A stretch of DNA of 64,000 nucleotides, taken from positions 1 through 64,000 of the forward strand of contig CAWHDZ010000026.1 of assembly GCA_963828255.1 (NCBI GenBank), given 5' to 3'. This DNA comes from an uncultured delta proteobacterium (GTDB lineage Bacteria > Myxococcota > Myxococcia > Myxococcales > Anaeromyxobacteraceae). The notes under the pieces were generated by a model. That model had not been told where the DNA came from. It worked only from the letters and a program-made list of their open reading frames with translations, and made no database searches. Positions 19,194 through 32,187 of this stretch are shown here, piece after piece (positions within the stretch are counted from its first letter, which is position 1; the number at the start of each line of letters is the position of its first letter). A program made the translations under genes and the position numbers.

Positions 19194-21457
19194 TTCCCGA
19201 TCCGTACACGGCGGGTGAATAGGGTCACGTCGCCCTCCTGCTGCGCCACCGCCCAGGGCGGGCGCGCAGCCGCCACGGCCGCGCCGGCCGGCGGCAGCCC
19301 CGGCGACTGGTCCGCGACCACCACCTCGAGCGGCCCGGGCCCGGACGCGCGGAGCTCCACCTCGACGCCCCCGGGGCGTGCCGGGAGCCGGTAGACCCAC
19401 CACCCGCCGTACCAGCGGGCCAGCTTGGGCACGGGGTCGGGGACGGCCGTGCCGTCGAAGGTGAAGGAGCGAACAATCACCGAGGGTGGAACCGCCACCT
19501 GCAGCTCGGGGGCCCCGCGCGGCGAGCGGAGCCGGGCGCGCCAGCGGACGGCGTCCCCCTCGCGCGCCGCCTCCAGCTCCTCCACCACCGGCCCCTCCAC
19601 CGGAAGCGGGGCCGCCGGAGCCTCGAAGGAAGGCCGGAGCGCGCCCCAGCCGAAGCGGACCCGGGCCGAGGGGGAGAAGGGTGCGGCCGCGCGGACCTGC
19701 TCGGGGAGGCGTCCCGTGTCCGCATGTGCGAGGACGCGGGCTGCGCCAGAGTCGGCGTCCTGGTGGAAGTAGACGATCACCCGCTCCGGCGCGTCGGCGT
19801 CGGCGACCGGGAGGAGGACCGCCACGGCGAGCGATACGGCCCCCATGGCGGCCGGGAGCGCCACGGCGAGGACGCGAACGCGGGACGAGGCAGCAGCGGC
19901 GAGGGGTGCGAGCGGCACGGCGACGAGCGCGACGGTGGCGGCCACCGCGGGGCCAGCCGCGTGCCCGAGAGCGGGGTAGAGCAGCCACGCCGGCGGGAGC
20001 AGCACGAGCCCCGCGGCGAGCAGGGTGGCGAGGTCGGCGAAGGCGCGTCCCGGATCCCCCGCACGACGGCCCGGGAGCCCCGCCACGCCGCCGGCGATCG
20101 ACGGCGCCAGGAGGAGGTACGAGGCGCCGGGAAGGGTCGCTGCCAGCGCCACCGCGCCCGCGGCGAGACCGAGGAGGATGCCCGGGCGGAGGCCCGCGCC
20201 GGCGCGCCGTCCCAGGACGGGCGCCGGCAGGAGGCCGCCGACGAGTCCGGCGAGGAGGAAGGAGGCGACGAGCGGCCCGGGACTCGCCACCCAGGGACGG
20301 AAGATCGGGTCGAGCCCGAGGGCGCGACCTGCACCGTACCCGAGGACGGCCGCCGCCCCGGCGGCCAGCGGAAGCGCCGCCACGCCGAGCGCGATCCGCC
20401 CCACCCCGGCGGCGCCGCTCCGGACGTCGGCCACTGCCGACGCCAGGGCGAGGAGGAGGGCGGCGAGGGCGAGCGGCAATGCCCACCCCTCCGGAAACCG
20501 GACCACCCAGCGACCGAGCACGTCGAACCAGACCGACTCGCCGCCCGGGGCGCCGGGCTCGGAGAACGCGCGCACCAGCGCGAGCGCGTTCTCCCCCTGG
20601 TGCTGCACCGAGCGTGAATCGAGGTGGGCCATGTCGTCGCGGGGCGTGTGGTACCGGACTGCACCGTCGATGAAGGCCAGGTTCGCGCCCGGGACGCCCA
20701 GGCGCCGCAGCACGGTCAGGTTCGTGTCGTTGGGGAGCAGCCGGTACACGGTGGAGAGGAGCGAGCTTCCCACCGGGCGCCGCGCCCCCGAGGCGAAGCG
20801 GCTCGCGACGGCCGCGCCCGACCCGGCGGTCTCGAAGAGCAGGCTCGGGCCACCGGTGCCACGCGATTCCAGGTTCACCACGGCGCCCACGCCGCGCGCC
20901 GCCGGGTCGAGGAGGAATGCCTCCGCGCCGCCCAGCCCCGACTCCTCGGCGTCGTCGACGAGCACGACCACGTCGGACGCCGCCGGCTCGGTCCGGAGCG
21001 CCCTCGCGATCTCGAGGGCGATGGCGACGCCCGAGCCGTCGTCGGCGGCGCCTGGCCCGGCAGGGACCGAATCGAGGTGCGCGGAGAGGAGCACCGCGGG
21101 GCCATCCCCGCGGCCCGGAAGCCGGGCGATGACGTTCGCGACCGGCGTGCAGGTGAGGTAGCGGTTGCAGGTCACCGACCGGGCGATCCGGGGCTCCACG
21201 CCGAGCTTCCGCAACTCCGCGGCGACCTGCTCGCGTACCCGCGCGTTGGCTTCCGTCCCGGCGGGGTGGGGAACGCCGTCGCCGGCGGCGTCGAGCACGC
21301 GACGCAGCTGCGAGAGCGCCCGCCCGGCCGAGAAGGCCTGGGCGGGAGCGGACGACGGAAGCGGTGCCGGGGGCTGGAGCCCGAGCCACGTCGCGGCGAG
21401 GACCGCTGCGAGGAGGAGGAGTCCCCAGGCGAAGGCGCGCCCGCGTGTCGGGGGCAT
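19190..21457 (-). CDS. M28 family metallopeptidase with multiple TM segments
   Basis: SAHLDSV, GAADDGSG, AEESGL, NLESRG, YHTPRD, followed by a TM region. Confidence 0.9.
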   Translation of the reverse strand: MPPTRGRAFAWGLLLLAAVLAATWLGLQPPAPLPSSAPAQAFSAGRALSQLRRVLDAAGDGVPHPAGTEANARVREQVAAELRKLGVEPRIARSVTCNRYLTCTPVANVIARLPGRGDGPAVLLSAHLDSVPAGPGAADDGSGVAIALEIARALRTEPAASDVVVLVDDAEESGLGGAEAFLLDPAARGVGAVVNLESRGTGGPSLLFETAGSGAAVASRFASGARRPVGSSLLSTVYRLLPNDTNLTVLRRLGVPGANLAFIDGAVRYHTPRDDMAHLDSRSVQHQGENALALVRAFSEPGAPGGESVWFDVLGRWVVRFPEGWALPLALAALLLALASAVADVRSGAAGVGRIALGVAALPLAAGAAAVLGYGAGRALGLDPIFRPWVASPGPLVASFLLAGLVGGLLPAPVLGRRAGAGLRPGILLGLAAGAVALAATLPGASYLLLAPSIAGGVAGLPGRRAGDPGRAFADLATLLAAGLVLLPPAWLLYPALGHAAGPAVAATVALVAVPLAPLAAAASSRVRVLAVALPAAMGAVSLAVAVLLPVADADAPERVIVYFHQDADSGAARVLAHADTGRLPEQVRAAAPFSPSARVRFGWGALRPSFEAPAAPLPVEGPVVEELEAAREGDAVRWRARLRSPRGAPELQVAVPPSVIVRSFTFDGTAVPDPVPKLARWYGGWWVYRLPARPGGVEVELRASGPGPLEVVVADQSPGLPPAGAAVAAARPPWAVAQQEGDVTLFTRRVRIGK

Positions 21458-21472
21458 GACCCGTCCTCCCGG

Positions 21473-21565
21473 CTACTGCCGGCTCGACGCGAGGATCGCC
21501 GCGACCACGGCGATCGCAGCCAAGAGGAGGATGGCCCCGACGGCCAGGATCGCCAGCTTCTTCAC
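21473..21565 (-). CDS. Putative 30-aa single-TM small protein
   Basis: GTG start overlaps the response regulator stop; MKKLAILAVGAILLLAAIAVVAAILASSRQ; AGGAG upstream. Confidence 0.5.
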   Translation of the reverse strand: MKKLAILAVGAILLLAAIAVVAAILASSRQ

Positions 21566-22932
21566 GGCGAGTCCTTCTCCTTGCCGGCCTCCACCAGGCC
21601 GAGGCGGGAGAGCTTCTCGTAGAGCGTGGAGCGGTGCAGACCGGAGAGCTCGGCGGCCTTGCCGACCGCTCCGCCGGCCTCGCGCAGCAGGTCCTCCAGG
21701 TACCTGCGCTCCCAGGCGTCCCGGGCGGCGCGGTAGCGCCCCTCCCCGGCGATCTCGGCGGCGCGGGCCGCGATCTCGGGCGGGAAGTCGGCGACGGCGA
21801 GGTGGTCGCCGCGCGCCAGCAGGAGCGCCCGCTCGATGGCGTGCTCCAGCTCGCGGATGTTCCCCGGCCAGGAGTGGTCGAGGAGGGCGCGCATCGCCTC
21901 CGCATCGGGCATGAGCGGCGGCCGGGAGAGGCGCACCGCGTGCTTCTGCACCATGTGCTCGACGAGGAGCGGGATGTCCTCGCGCCGCTCGCGCAAGGGC
22001 GGCAGCCGCATGGGGACGACGCGCAGCCGGTACCAGAGGTCCTCGCGGAACTTCCCCTCCTGCACCGCCTTCTTGAGATTCTCGTTGGTGGCCGCCACCA
22101 CCCGAACGTCGGCCTTCTGCGGCTTGCGGCTCCCCACCGGGATGAACTCGCCGTCCTGGAGGACGCGCAGGAGCTTGGGCTGGAGCAGCGGGGAGAGCAT
22201 GCCGATCTCGTCGAGGAAGAGCGTCCCCCCCTGGGCCTCGGCGAAGAACCCGGGACGGGCCTGGTCGGCGCCGGAGAAGGCCCCCTTCTCGTGCCCGAAG
22301 AGCTCGCTCTCGGCCAGGTTCTCCGGGATGGCGCTCATGTTGAGGGCCAGGTAGGGACCCTTCGAGCGGCCGGAGAGGCCGTGGATGGTCCGGGCCAGCA
22401 CGTCCTTGCCGGTCCCGCTCTCTCCCTCGATGAGCACCGGGACGTCGGACGGGGCGATGCGCTCGGCGATGGAGACGATCTCCTTCATCGCCTGGCTCTT
22501 GCCCACCATCCCCTGCACCGAGAAGGTTCCGGAGAGCTGCTGCTTGAGCCGGCGGTTCTCCCGCCGCAGCGAGCCGTGCTCGCCGGCCCGCTGCACCATC
22601 ACCTCGAGCTCCTCCGGGTCGAAGGGCTTCTTGAGGTAGTCGAAGGCTCCGGCCTTCATGGCCTCCACCGCGGTCTCCACCGTGGCGAATGCGGTCATGA
22701 TGATGACCGGGACCTCCGGGAGCTTGGCCTGGAAGCGCTTCAGCCCCTCGAGCCCGTCGATTCCAGGCATGCGCAGGTCGGTGACGATGACGTCGAACTC
22801 GGCGCGGTCGAGGGCCGGGAGCGCCTCGGCGACCGACCCGAAGTCGTAGACCTCGAAGCTGCGCGCGATGGCGCGCTTCACCATCTGCCGGGCCGAGTCG
22901 AGGTCGTCGATCACCATCACCTTCAGCTTCAT
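21562..22932 (-). CDS. Sigma54-dependent response regulator (REC-AAA+-Fis HTH)
   Basis: IDD, TDLRMP, KPF, GESGTGKD, ESELFGHEKGAFSGA, LFLDEIG, WPGNIRELE, HTH. Confidence 0.95.
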   Translation of the reverse strand: MKLKVMVIDDLDSARQMVKRAIARSFEVYDFGSVAEALPALDRAEFDVIVTDLRMPGIDGLEGLKRFQAKLPEVPVIIMTAFATVETAVEAMKAGAFDYLKKPFDPEELEVMVQRAGEHGSLRRENRRLKQQLSGTFSVQGMVGKSQAMKEIVSIAERIAPSDVPVLIEGESGTGKDVLARTIHGLSGRSKGPYLALNMSAIPENLAESELFGHEKGAFSGADQARPGFFAEAQGGTLFLDEIGMLSPLLQPKLLRVLQDGEFIPVGSRKPQKADVRVVAATNENLKKAVQEGKFREDLWYRLRVVPMRLPPLRERREDIPLLVEHMVQKHAVRLSRPPLMPDAEAMRALLDHSWPGNIRELEHAIERALLLARGDHLAVADFPPEIAARAAEIAGEGRYRAARDAWERRYLEDLLREAGGAVGKAAELSGLHRSTLYEKLSRLGLVEAGKEKDSP

Positions 22933-24395
22933 GCCTTCCCCCTGGCCCCGGGCAGCCGGATGGTGAACGTGGCCCCCGCCCCGGGCTGGCTCTCCACCGA
23001 CACCGAGCCCCCGTGAGCCTCGATCGCCTGCCGCACGATGGCGAGGCCGAGCCCCGTGCCGGTGGCCTTGGTGGTGTAGAAGGGCTCGAAGACCTTTGCA
23101 CGGGTCTCTTCGTCCATCCCCGGACCGTCGTCCCACACCTGGACGACGAGGTCCTCCCCGGCCCGGTCCGCCGAGTACCGGATCACCCCGCCGCCGCCCG
23201 GCTGCAGGGCCTGGATGGCGTTCAGCCCCAGGTTCATGAAGGCCTGGCGCAGGAGCTCCGGGTCGATGCGGATCTCCGGCGCGTCCGGGGCGTAGCGCAG
23301 CTCCACCGCCACCGAGGCGGCCTTGGCGGCCGGCCCGAGCACCTCCACCACCTCGGCGAGCACCGGCTCGGCCGACTGGACATGGGCCTTCCCCGGCCGG
23401 GCCCGCGCGAAGACCAGGAAGCGCTCCAGGAGACCCGCGGAGCGGACCACCTCCCGCTTCACCGCCTCCAGGTCGGGGCGGTTCGGGTGCCCCTCGGGCA
23501 GCTCGCGGAGCGCCACGGCGTTGAAGCCGCGAATCACGTTGAGTGAATTGCCCAGCTCGTGGGCGAAGCCGGCGGCGATGCCGCCCAGGGTGGCCAGCCG
23601 GTCGGCGCGCAGCACCTCCCGGGTCTTCTGCTCGACCCGCTCCTCCAGCGAGGCGATGAGCCGCTCGTTCTCCTGGCGCCGCTCCGAGAGCCGGAGCGAC
23701 ATGCGGTTCACCGCGGTCACGAGATCCGCCAGCTCCCGGTCGGGCGGCACGGGCAGCTGCAACCCGCTCTCCTGGCCGAGCATCTCGGCGGCCTCCACCA
23801 CCTGCTCGAGCGGCCGGGCGATGCGCATGAGGAAGTAGCTGGCCAGCATGAGGCCGACGGCGATCCAGAAGCCGGCCACGGCCGCCACGCCCCAGGCCAG
23901 GCGCCGCGCGTCTCCCACCACCTCGTCGTGCGAGTAGTCGAGGTAGAAGGCGCCCACCAGCTCCCCTTCCCGCAGGATCGGGGCGCTGGCCACGATGCCC
24001 TCCGGGTGGATCAGCCGCTGCAGTGCCTCGAGGGGGGTGGCCCCGGGCTGGAAGATGCTGGGTGGGGCGTTCCCCGGACAGGGCTCGTTTCGGACCGACG
24101 CGCAGGCCACCAGCGTGCCGCTCCGGTTCACCACCCAGACCCGGTCGAAGGGGCCGGCCCGGAGCACGCGCTGCACCAGGGCCTCGAGCGGCTCCTTTCC
24201 GCCCGGCTCGACGGAGGAGGGCAAGAGCCAGCGCGAGGCAGACGGTGCCGAGGAGGCGGCGATGGCGCTCCCCTCGCGGAGCAGCAGTTCCTGGCCGCGC
24301 AGGAGGTCCCGCCAGAGCGCCACCGCCGTCACCCCGGTGGTCGCGAAGACCACCAGGCCTGCGATGAGGACGAAGAGCTTGAGGCGGAGGGTCAC
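22929..24395 (-). CDS. Membrane sensor histidine kinase (HAMP)
   Basis: Two TMs, HAMP, H-box AHELGN, N-box, DDGPG, FEPFYTTK, GTGLGL. Confidence 0.93.
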   Translation of the reverse strand: MTLRLKLFVLIAGLVVFATTGVTAVALWRDLLRGQELLLREGSAIAASSAPSASRWLLPSSVEPGGKEPLEALVQRVLRAGPFDRVWVVNRSGTLVACASVRNEPCPGNAPPSIFQPGATPLEALQRLIHPEGIVASAPILREGELVGAFYLDYSHDEVVGDARRLAWGVAAVAGFWIAVGLMLASYFLMRIARPLEQVVEAAEMLGQESGLQLPVPPDRELADLVTAVNRMSLRLSERRQENERLIASLEERVEQKTREVLRADRLATLGGIAAGFAHELGNSLNVIRGFNAVALRELPEGHPNRPDLEAVKREVVRSAGLLERFLVFARARPGKAHVQSAEPVLAEVVEVLGPAAKAASVAVELRYAPDAPEIRIDPELLRQAFMNLGLNAIQALQPGGGGVIRYSADRAGEDLVVQVWDDGPGMDEETRAKVFEPFYTTKATGTGLGLAIVRQAIEAHGGSVSVESQPGAGATFTIRLPGARGKA

Positions 24396-24434
24396 TATCG
24401 AAGCCCGGGAGCGTTCGACTAGAATGCCACCCCG

Positions 24435-25325
24435 ATGCAGCGGAGGTACCTTTTTTACGTCTTCGTGGTGGTGGGGTGCCTCCTCCTCCTGGCCGCGGTG
24501 GCCGGGGCCTGGCGCCTCAAGCGCTTCGTCGACAACGACCCCCGCCTCTGCGCGCAGTGCCACCGGGCCAGCCCCGAATTCTCGCTCTGGGCCGGGGGCA
24601 CCCACAAGAGCGTGGCCTGCCAGCGCTGCCACCACTCCTCCCCGGAGCAGGGGCTCGCCATGCTGCGCGCCTTCGTGGCCGGCCGCTCGCCGGCGGGCAC
24701 GAAGACCCACGCGCCGGTGGAGATCGGCTCCTGCGCCTCCTGCCACCTCTCCCACGATGGAAACTGGCCCCAGGTCGGCAATTCCCGCGGCCACCGGATC
24801 CACTTCGAGGAGAAGAAGATCGCCTGCGTCGCCTGCCACGCCGAGGGGATGCACGGCTTCCACCCGCTCACCGAGAGCTGCCGGAAGTGCCACGGCGGGC
24901 ATACCGTGCGGGCGCAGGGCATGGCGAAGCTCCACTGCTTCGTCTGCCACGACTTCCTCTCGCCCGACCCGGGCCTCTTGCCCACCCGCCGCGACTGCCT
25001 GCGCTGCCACCGCTCCGAGGGGGTCCACCCGGCCCGCTTCTCCGACCTGGCGCCGATGCAGTTCGACTGCGGCACCTGCCACAAGCCGCACGCCGCCACG
25101 CCCCAGGAGGCGGTTGCGAGCTGCAAGGGGTGCCACGTGGTGGCGGAGACGGCGGGACAGCACGCCCGCCACCTGAAGCAGGCCTGCACCACCTGCCACG
25201 CCCCGCACCTCTGGACGGCGGGGCGCGCCGAATGCCTGGCCTGCCACGCCGCGGCCGACCGGCACGCCGACGGAAAGGGGTGCACCAGCTGCCACCTCTT
25301 CCGCTCGGTGCCCGCGGGGAAGTAG
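24435..25325 (+). CDS. Membrane-anchored dodecaheme cytochrome c (NapC/NirT-like N-terminus)
   Basis: N-terminal TM and 12 CxxCH motifs counted in 296 aa. Confidence 0.9.
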   Translation: MQRRYLFYVFVVVGCLLLLAAVAGAWRLKRFVDNDPRLCAQCHRASPEFSLWAGGTHKSVACQRCHHSSPEQGLAMLRAFVAGRSPAGTKTHAPVEIGSCASCHLSHDGNWPQVGNSRGHRIHFEEKKIACVACHAEGMHGFHPLTESCRKCHGGHTVRAQGMAKLHCFVCHDFLSPDPGLLPTRRDCLRCHRSEGVHPARFSDLAPMQFDCGTCHKPHAATPQEAVASCKGCHVVAETAGQHARHLKQACTTCHAPHLWTAGRAECLACHAAADRHADGKGCTSCHLFRSVPAGK

Positions 25326-25437
25326 ACGGGACGGGTCCACGGAGCGGGCGGCGGACGGTTATGCCGCCCTGCGTCTTGACGCAGGTGGACGAAATCCCGA
25401 ACCTCTCCGGACCGTCTCCAACGGAGGTCTTGCCCAC

Positions 25438-25758
25438 ATGCGCTTCATGGCACAGATCGTGACCCTCACCTCGTGGCTCATGATCTCGACCTTCGCCTTC
25501 CCGCAGAGCGGCCAGTCCTTCCTGCTCTGCTGGGTCGTGGCCCTGCTGGTCTCGGGGATCTCGATCGCCTCGCCGGGGAGGATGAACCTGCGTCTCGTCA
25601 TCTCGGGGCTGGCGTTCATCCTCTTCTGGTCGGCCATCCTGCTCCCCGACCTCTCCTTCGCGGCACGGGTGAGCAACGGCGCCGTCGGGGCGCTGCTCTT
25701 CCTGCTGGGGATCATCCCCTCGCCGCTGCGGCGGGACGAGGCCAGGTCCCGGGCGTAG
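25438..25758 (+). CDS. Small 4-TM membrane protein (SPW-repeat-like)
   Basis: Hydrophobic segments; GGAGG upstream. Confidence 0.65.
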   Translation: MRFMAQIVTLTSWLMISTFAFPQSGQSFLLCWVVALLVSGISIASPGRMNLRLVISGLAFILFWSAILLPDLSFAARVSNGAVGALLFLLGIIPSPLRRDEARSRA

Positions 25759-25848
25759 CGGTCCGGAACGTCCCCGGAAAGCAGGTCGGCCCCGGCCGTC
25801 CCTCGTGGAGGGAGCGGCCAGGGCCGGATGGGTCGTCCAGCGATTTGA

Positions 25849-27537
25849 CTACGGGTTCGGGTCCTTCTTCTTCTCGACCAGGTCCTCGTACTGCCCGCGG
25901 TGCTCCTCCTCGAGCATGGCGTGGCTCATCTTGCCGGTGAGCCAGACCCAGTTCATGGGGAAGATCGAGGGCTTCAGGTGCGCGTTGTAGAAGTGCACCA
26001 CGAAGAGGAAGAGCAGGGCCAGCGTGGCCTCCTCGCCGTGGATGATCTGGGCCGAGGTGAGGAGCCAGTGCGGCGCGTAGGAGGCGAAGAAGACCGGGAA
26101 CCAGAGCACGAACCCGGTGCCCACCATCATGATCATGCCCCAGAACACCGCCCAGTAATCGAACTTCTCCAGGTAGCTGTACTTGCCGTAGGCGGGGCGT
26201 TCGCCGCCGGCCAGCATGTAGCGGATGTTGGCGCGGATCTCGCCGACGTCGCGCGGGCCGGGGAGCATCGAGAAGGCCAGCGTGCGCCGGGCCCCGTGCA
26301 GCACGAGGTAGAGGAGGTGGTAGGCGCCGGAGATGATGATCATCACCGCGGCGATGCGGTGCAGGAGCGCCGCCCCGTGGGGCCCACCGAAGAGCGCCAG
26401 GATCTTCCGCGAGGTCTCGATGGCCTCGGGGGAACCGGCGCCGCGCAGCGGCCACCCGGTCAGGCCGAGGAGGATGACGCCCACCAGCATGAGCCAGTGC
26501 TGGGCGCGCTGGTGGATGTCGAAGCGCTGGACGAACTGCGACTCCTTGGCCGGGTCGTGCACGCGCCCGGCCTTCTTCATCCGGATCTTGTGGCGGATCT
26601 CGGCGAACAGGTCGAGGGCCACGTGGCCGGCGAAGAAGATCAGGGTGAGGGCGGCCAGCCAGGAGAAGACAACGTGGAGGAAGTGGGGGATCTTGCTCTC
26701 GCTGTGCGCGGGGTCGTTGTGGGCGATGAGCTTGGCGAAGTTGTCGTTGGCCCCGGCGTGGCAGCGGCCGCAGGTCATGGCGCGGTTCGTCCCGGCGACG
26801 GGGGAGGCCGGGTCGGTCTTGGCCAGGATCTTGTGGGCGTTGGGGCGGAGCACGCCCTTCGCGTCCTTCTCGGCGGCGCCGTGGCAGTCGGCGCAGGCGG
26901 GGGCCAGCGCCGAGCCGGTGTTGACCAGCCGGCCGTGGATCGAGTCGTGGAAGGTGACCACCACGTCGCTCTTCAGCCCGGCCTTCTCGACGTAGACGGG
27001 GTCGGCATGGCACTTCTCGCAGCGCTCGGAGATGGCGCGGGCGCCGGTGGCGAACGCGGCGCCGGCCTTGGCGGGGGTGGCCACCCCCTTCACGATCTCG
27101 TGGACCGCGCCGTGGCAGCTCGCGCAGGTGGGGCCGGCCACCTTGGCGTCGCCCTTCGTCCACTTTCCGTGAACGGAGGCGGCCACCTGCTCGACCACCT
27201 CGGCGTGGCAGTTGCCGCAGGCCAGGTAGGCCCGCGGGGCGGTGCTGGCCTTGAGCGCATCGAAGCGGGCCACCAGCGCGGCGTCGGCGCCGGCGAGCGG
27301 AGCCAGCTCGTGCGGCCCGGGGGCCTGGTAGTCGGCGTGGCAGTCGGTGCATCCGAAGGAGGCGTGGACCGACTTGGCGAACTCGGCGGGCCGGACGCCG
27401 GCCTCGCCGGGCTTCGAGGCCACGTGGCAGTCGAAGCAGGCCTGGTTGGGGTCGGGCGCGGCCGCCTTGGCGGGAGCGTCGGCCGCGGCGGCGGCCATCG
27501 GGAACGTCAGGAGCAGCGACAGGAGGAGGGTCTTCAT
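25849..27537 (-). CDS. Multiheme cytochrome c fused to cytochrome b (CbcL-like architecture)
   Basis: Signal peptide, 7 CxxCH, then an FdnI/cyt-b-type domain (HQRAQHW, LHR, KYSYLEKFDYW, IHGEEA, VHFY). Confidence 0.88.
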   Translation of the reverse strand: MKTLLLSLLLTFPMAAAAADAPAKAAAPDPNQACFDCHVASKPGEAGVRPAEFAKSVHASFGCTDCHADYQAPGPHELAPLAGADAALVARFDALKASTAPRAYLACGNCHAEVVEQVAASVHGKWTKGDAKVAGPTCASCHGAVHEIVKGVATPAKAGAAFATGARAISERCEKCHADPVYVEKAGLKSDVVVTFHDSIHGRLVNTGSALAPACADCHGAAEKDAKGVLRPNAHKILAKTDPASPVAGTNRAMTCGRCHAGANDNFAKLIAHNDPAHSESKIPHFLHVVFSWLAALTLIFFAGHVALDLFAEIRHKIRMKKAGRVHDPAKESQFVQRFDIHQRAQHWLMLVGVILLGLTGWPLRGAGSPEAIETSRKILALFGGPHGAALLHRIAAVMIIISGAYHLLYLVLHGARRTLAFSMLPGPRDVGEIRANIRYMLAGGERPAYGKYSYLEKFDYWAVFWGMIMMVGTGFVLWFPVFFASYAPHWLLTSAQIIHGEEATLALLFLFVVHFYNAHLKPSIFPMNWVWLTGKMSHAMLEEEHRGQYEDLVEKKKDPNP

Positions 27538-27589
27538 TTGCATTAGGTCCGGAGGGAGGCCCCGTGCAGGGGGTGTGCCGGAGCGGCGC

Positions 27590-27630
27590 AGGATAAAGGT
27601 TTGGATTTCAAAAGCATTGCGCTGGATCAG
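27590..27630 (-). promoter_or_regulatory. Putative FNR/CRP-family class II promoter of the cytochrome c/b gene
   Basis: TTGCG-N4-ATCAG (27617-27630) is centred about 41 bp upstream of the start site predicted from a TATCCT -10 (27595-27590). Confidence 0.45.
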
Positions 27631-27673
27631 ATCTGGCACTCGCGCACGCATTGCGTTTACAGGGGGGGGACGC

Positions 27674-27711
27674 AAAAGGAAATGCGGCCCCGGAGTCGCC
27701 TCCGGGACCGC
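27674..27711 (-). terminator. Rho-independent terminator
   Basis: Minus strand GCGGTCCCGGAG-GCGA-CTCCGGGGCCGC followed by ATTTCCTTTT. Confidence 0.75.
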
Positions 27712-27740
27712 GCGTCTCCCCGAATCCCCGCAGGGAAAGC

Positions 27741-28046
27741 TCAGGCCTTCGTCTCCTGGCTGGCGACCTTGGCAGGCGTCACGGAGGTGGTCAGGACGCC
27801 GATTGCGGCGCCGGCGACCGCGCCGCCGACCGCGAAGAGGGAGCCGACGCCCAGGGCGCCCATCACCATGCCGAACATGATGAGCGAGCGGACGAGGAAG
27901 GTGGGCTGCACGGGCGTCCCGAAGATCCCGCCGGCCAGCAGCACGCCCGCGTAGCCGCCGTAGAGCAGGGCCGGGAGGAGCGCGATGGCGAGGAAGAGGG
28001 CCAGGCCGACTGCGGCGCCGATGATGCTGGGGGTCTTGCGGTTCAT
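27741..28046 (-). CDS. Small hydrophobic membrane protein
   Basis: MNRKTPSIIGAAVGLALFLAIALLP...; GGAG SD; followed by a terminator. Confidence 0.8.
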   Translation of the reverse strand: MNRKTPSIIGAAVGLALFLAIALLPALLYGGYAGVLLAGGIFGTPVQPTFLVRSLIMFGMVMGALGVGSLFAVGGAVAGAAIGVLTTSVTPAKVASQETKA

Positions 28047-28095
28047 GGTGTTCTCCGTGGGTTCGTCGTTTGGGTTGATGGACGAGGGGAGCGAC

Positions 28096-28111
28096 TGCAC
28101 CCGGTCTGCCA
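28096..28111 (-). promoter_or_regulatory. Putative sigma54 -24/-12 promoter
   Basis: Minus strand TGGCAGACCGGGTGCA (GG-N10-GC), about 50 bp upstream of the ATG at 28046. Confidence 0.55.
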
Positions 28112-28416
28112 GGTGGGCGGCAGCCTGATTCCGGGGGGTTGGCGGGGTGGGGTGTCGGGGAATTCAGACTTCACGTCCCGAGGCTCCGACAAAGCAGCGA
28201 GGCCTTCAGGCCGAGCAGGCTTCTTCCGAGGATTCACTCACCTTCGGCGAAGGACCGCCCATCCCGCCCTGGCGACAATCATGCATCCGAAGCGCCGTAC
28301 GGGGGAGGCGGTCGCCCGCTACGTTCGCGGCAAGGAGGAGTCCGGAGATGGTGGAGGAGATCCGGAGACGGTTCCGGAGGTGAGGGTGGTTCTTGCGCGG
28401 CATGAACGCCGCGCTG

Positions 28417-31264
<2,848 letters not shown>

Positions 31265-31291
31265 GGAGCCTCTCGGGCGGTGCGAGGAGCC

Positions 31292-31738
31292 TTACCCCTC
31301 GGCCTCGACCTTGACCTTCACCTTGCCGACCACGTCGGAGTGGAGCTTCACGCCCACCTCGAAGTCGCCGAGCGCCTTGAGGGGCTCGGCGAGGTCGATG
31401 GCGCGACGGTCGATCTGGACGCCGCGTCCGGCGAGCGCCTCGGCGAGGTCCATGGCGGTGACGGAGCCGTACAGCTTGTCCTGCTCGCCCACCTTGCGCT
31501 TGAACGAGAGCGGGGTCTCGGAGAGCCGCCTTGCGACGGCCTCGGCGCTGGCCTTGAGCTTCGCGGCCTTGGCCGCGGCCACCGACTTCTGGTGCTCCAC
31601 TTCCCGGATGTTCTTGGGGTTGGCGAGGACCGCCAGGCCGCGGGGGATGAGGAAGTTCCGCCCGTAGCCGGGCTTCACCTCGACGAGCTCGCCGCCCTTG
31701 CCAAGGTTGTACACGTCTTCTCGGAGGATGAGCTTCAT
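31292..31738 (-). CDS. rplI: 50S ribosomal protein L9
   Basis: [34 protein letters not shown]. Confidence 0.97.
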   Translation of the reverse strand: MKLILREDVYNLGKGGELVEVKPGYGRNFLIPRGLAVLANPKNIREVEHQKSVAAAKAAKLKASAEAVARRLSETPLSFKRKVGEQDKLYGSVTAMDLAEALAGRGVQIDRRAIDLAEPLKALGDFEVGVKLHSDVVGKVKVKVEAEG

Positions 31739-31747
31739 GTCTCGCTC

Positions 31748-32185
<438 letters not shown>

Positions 32186-32187
32186 GG

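Noticed and set aside
27634..27654. Sigma54 promoter TGGCAC...TTGC on the + strand
   Set aside because: Spacing between GG and GC is too long, and no + strand gene follows.
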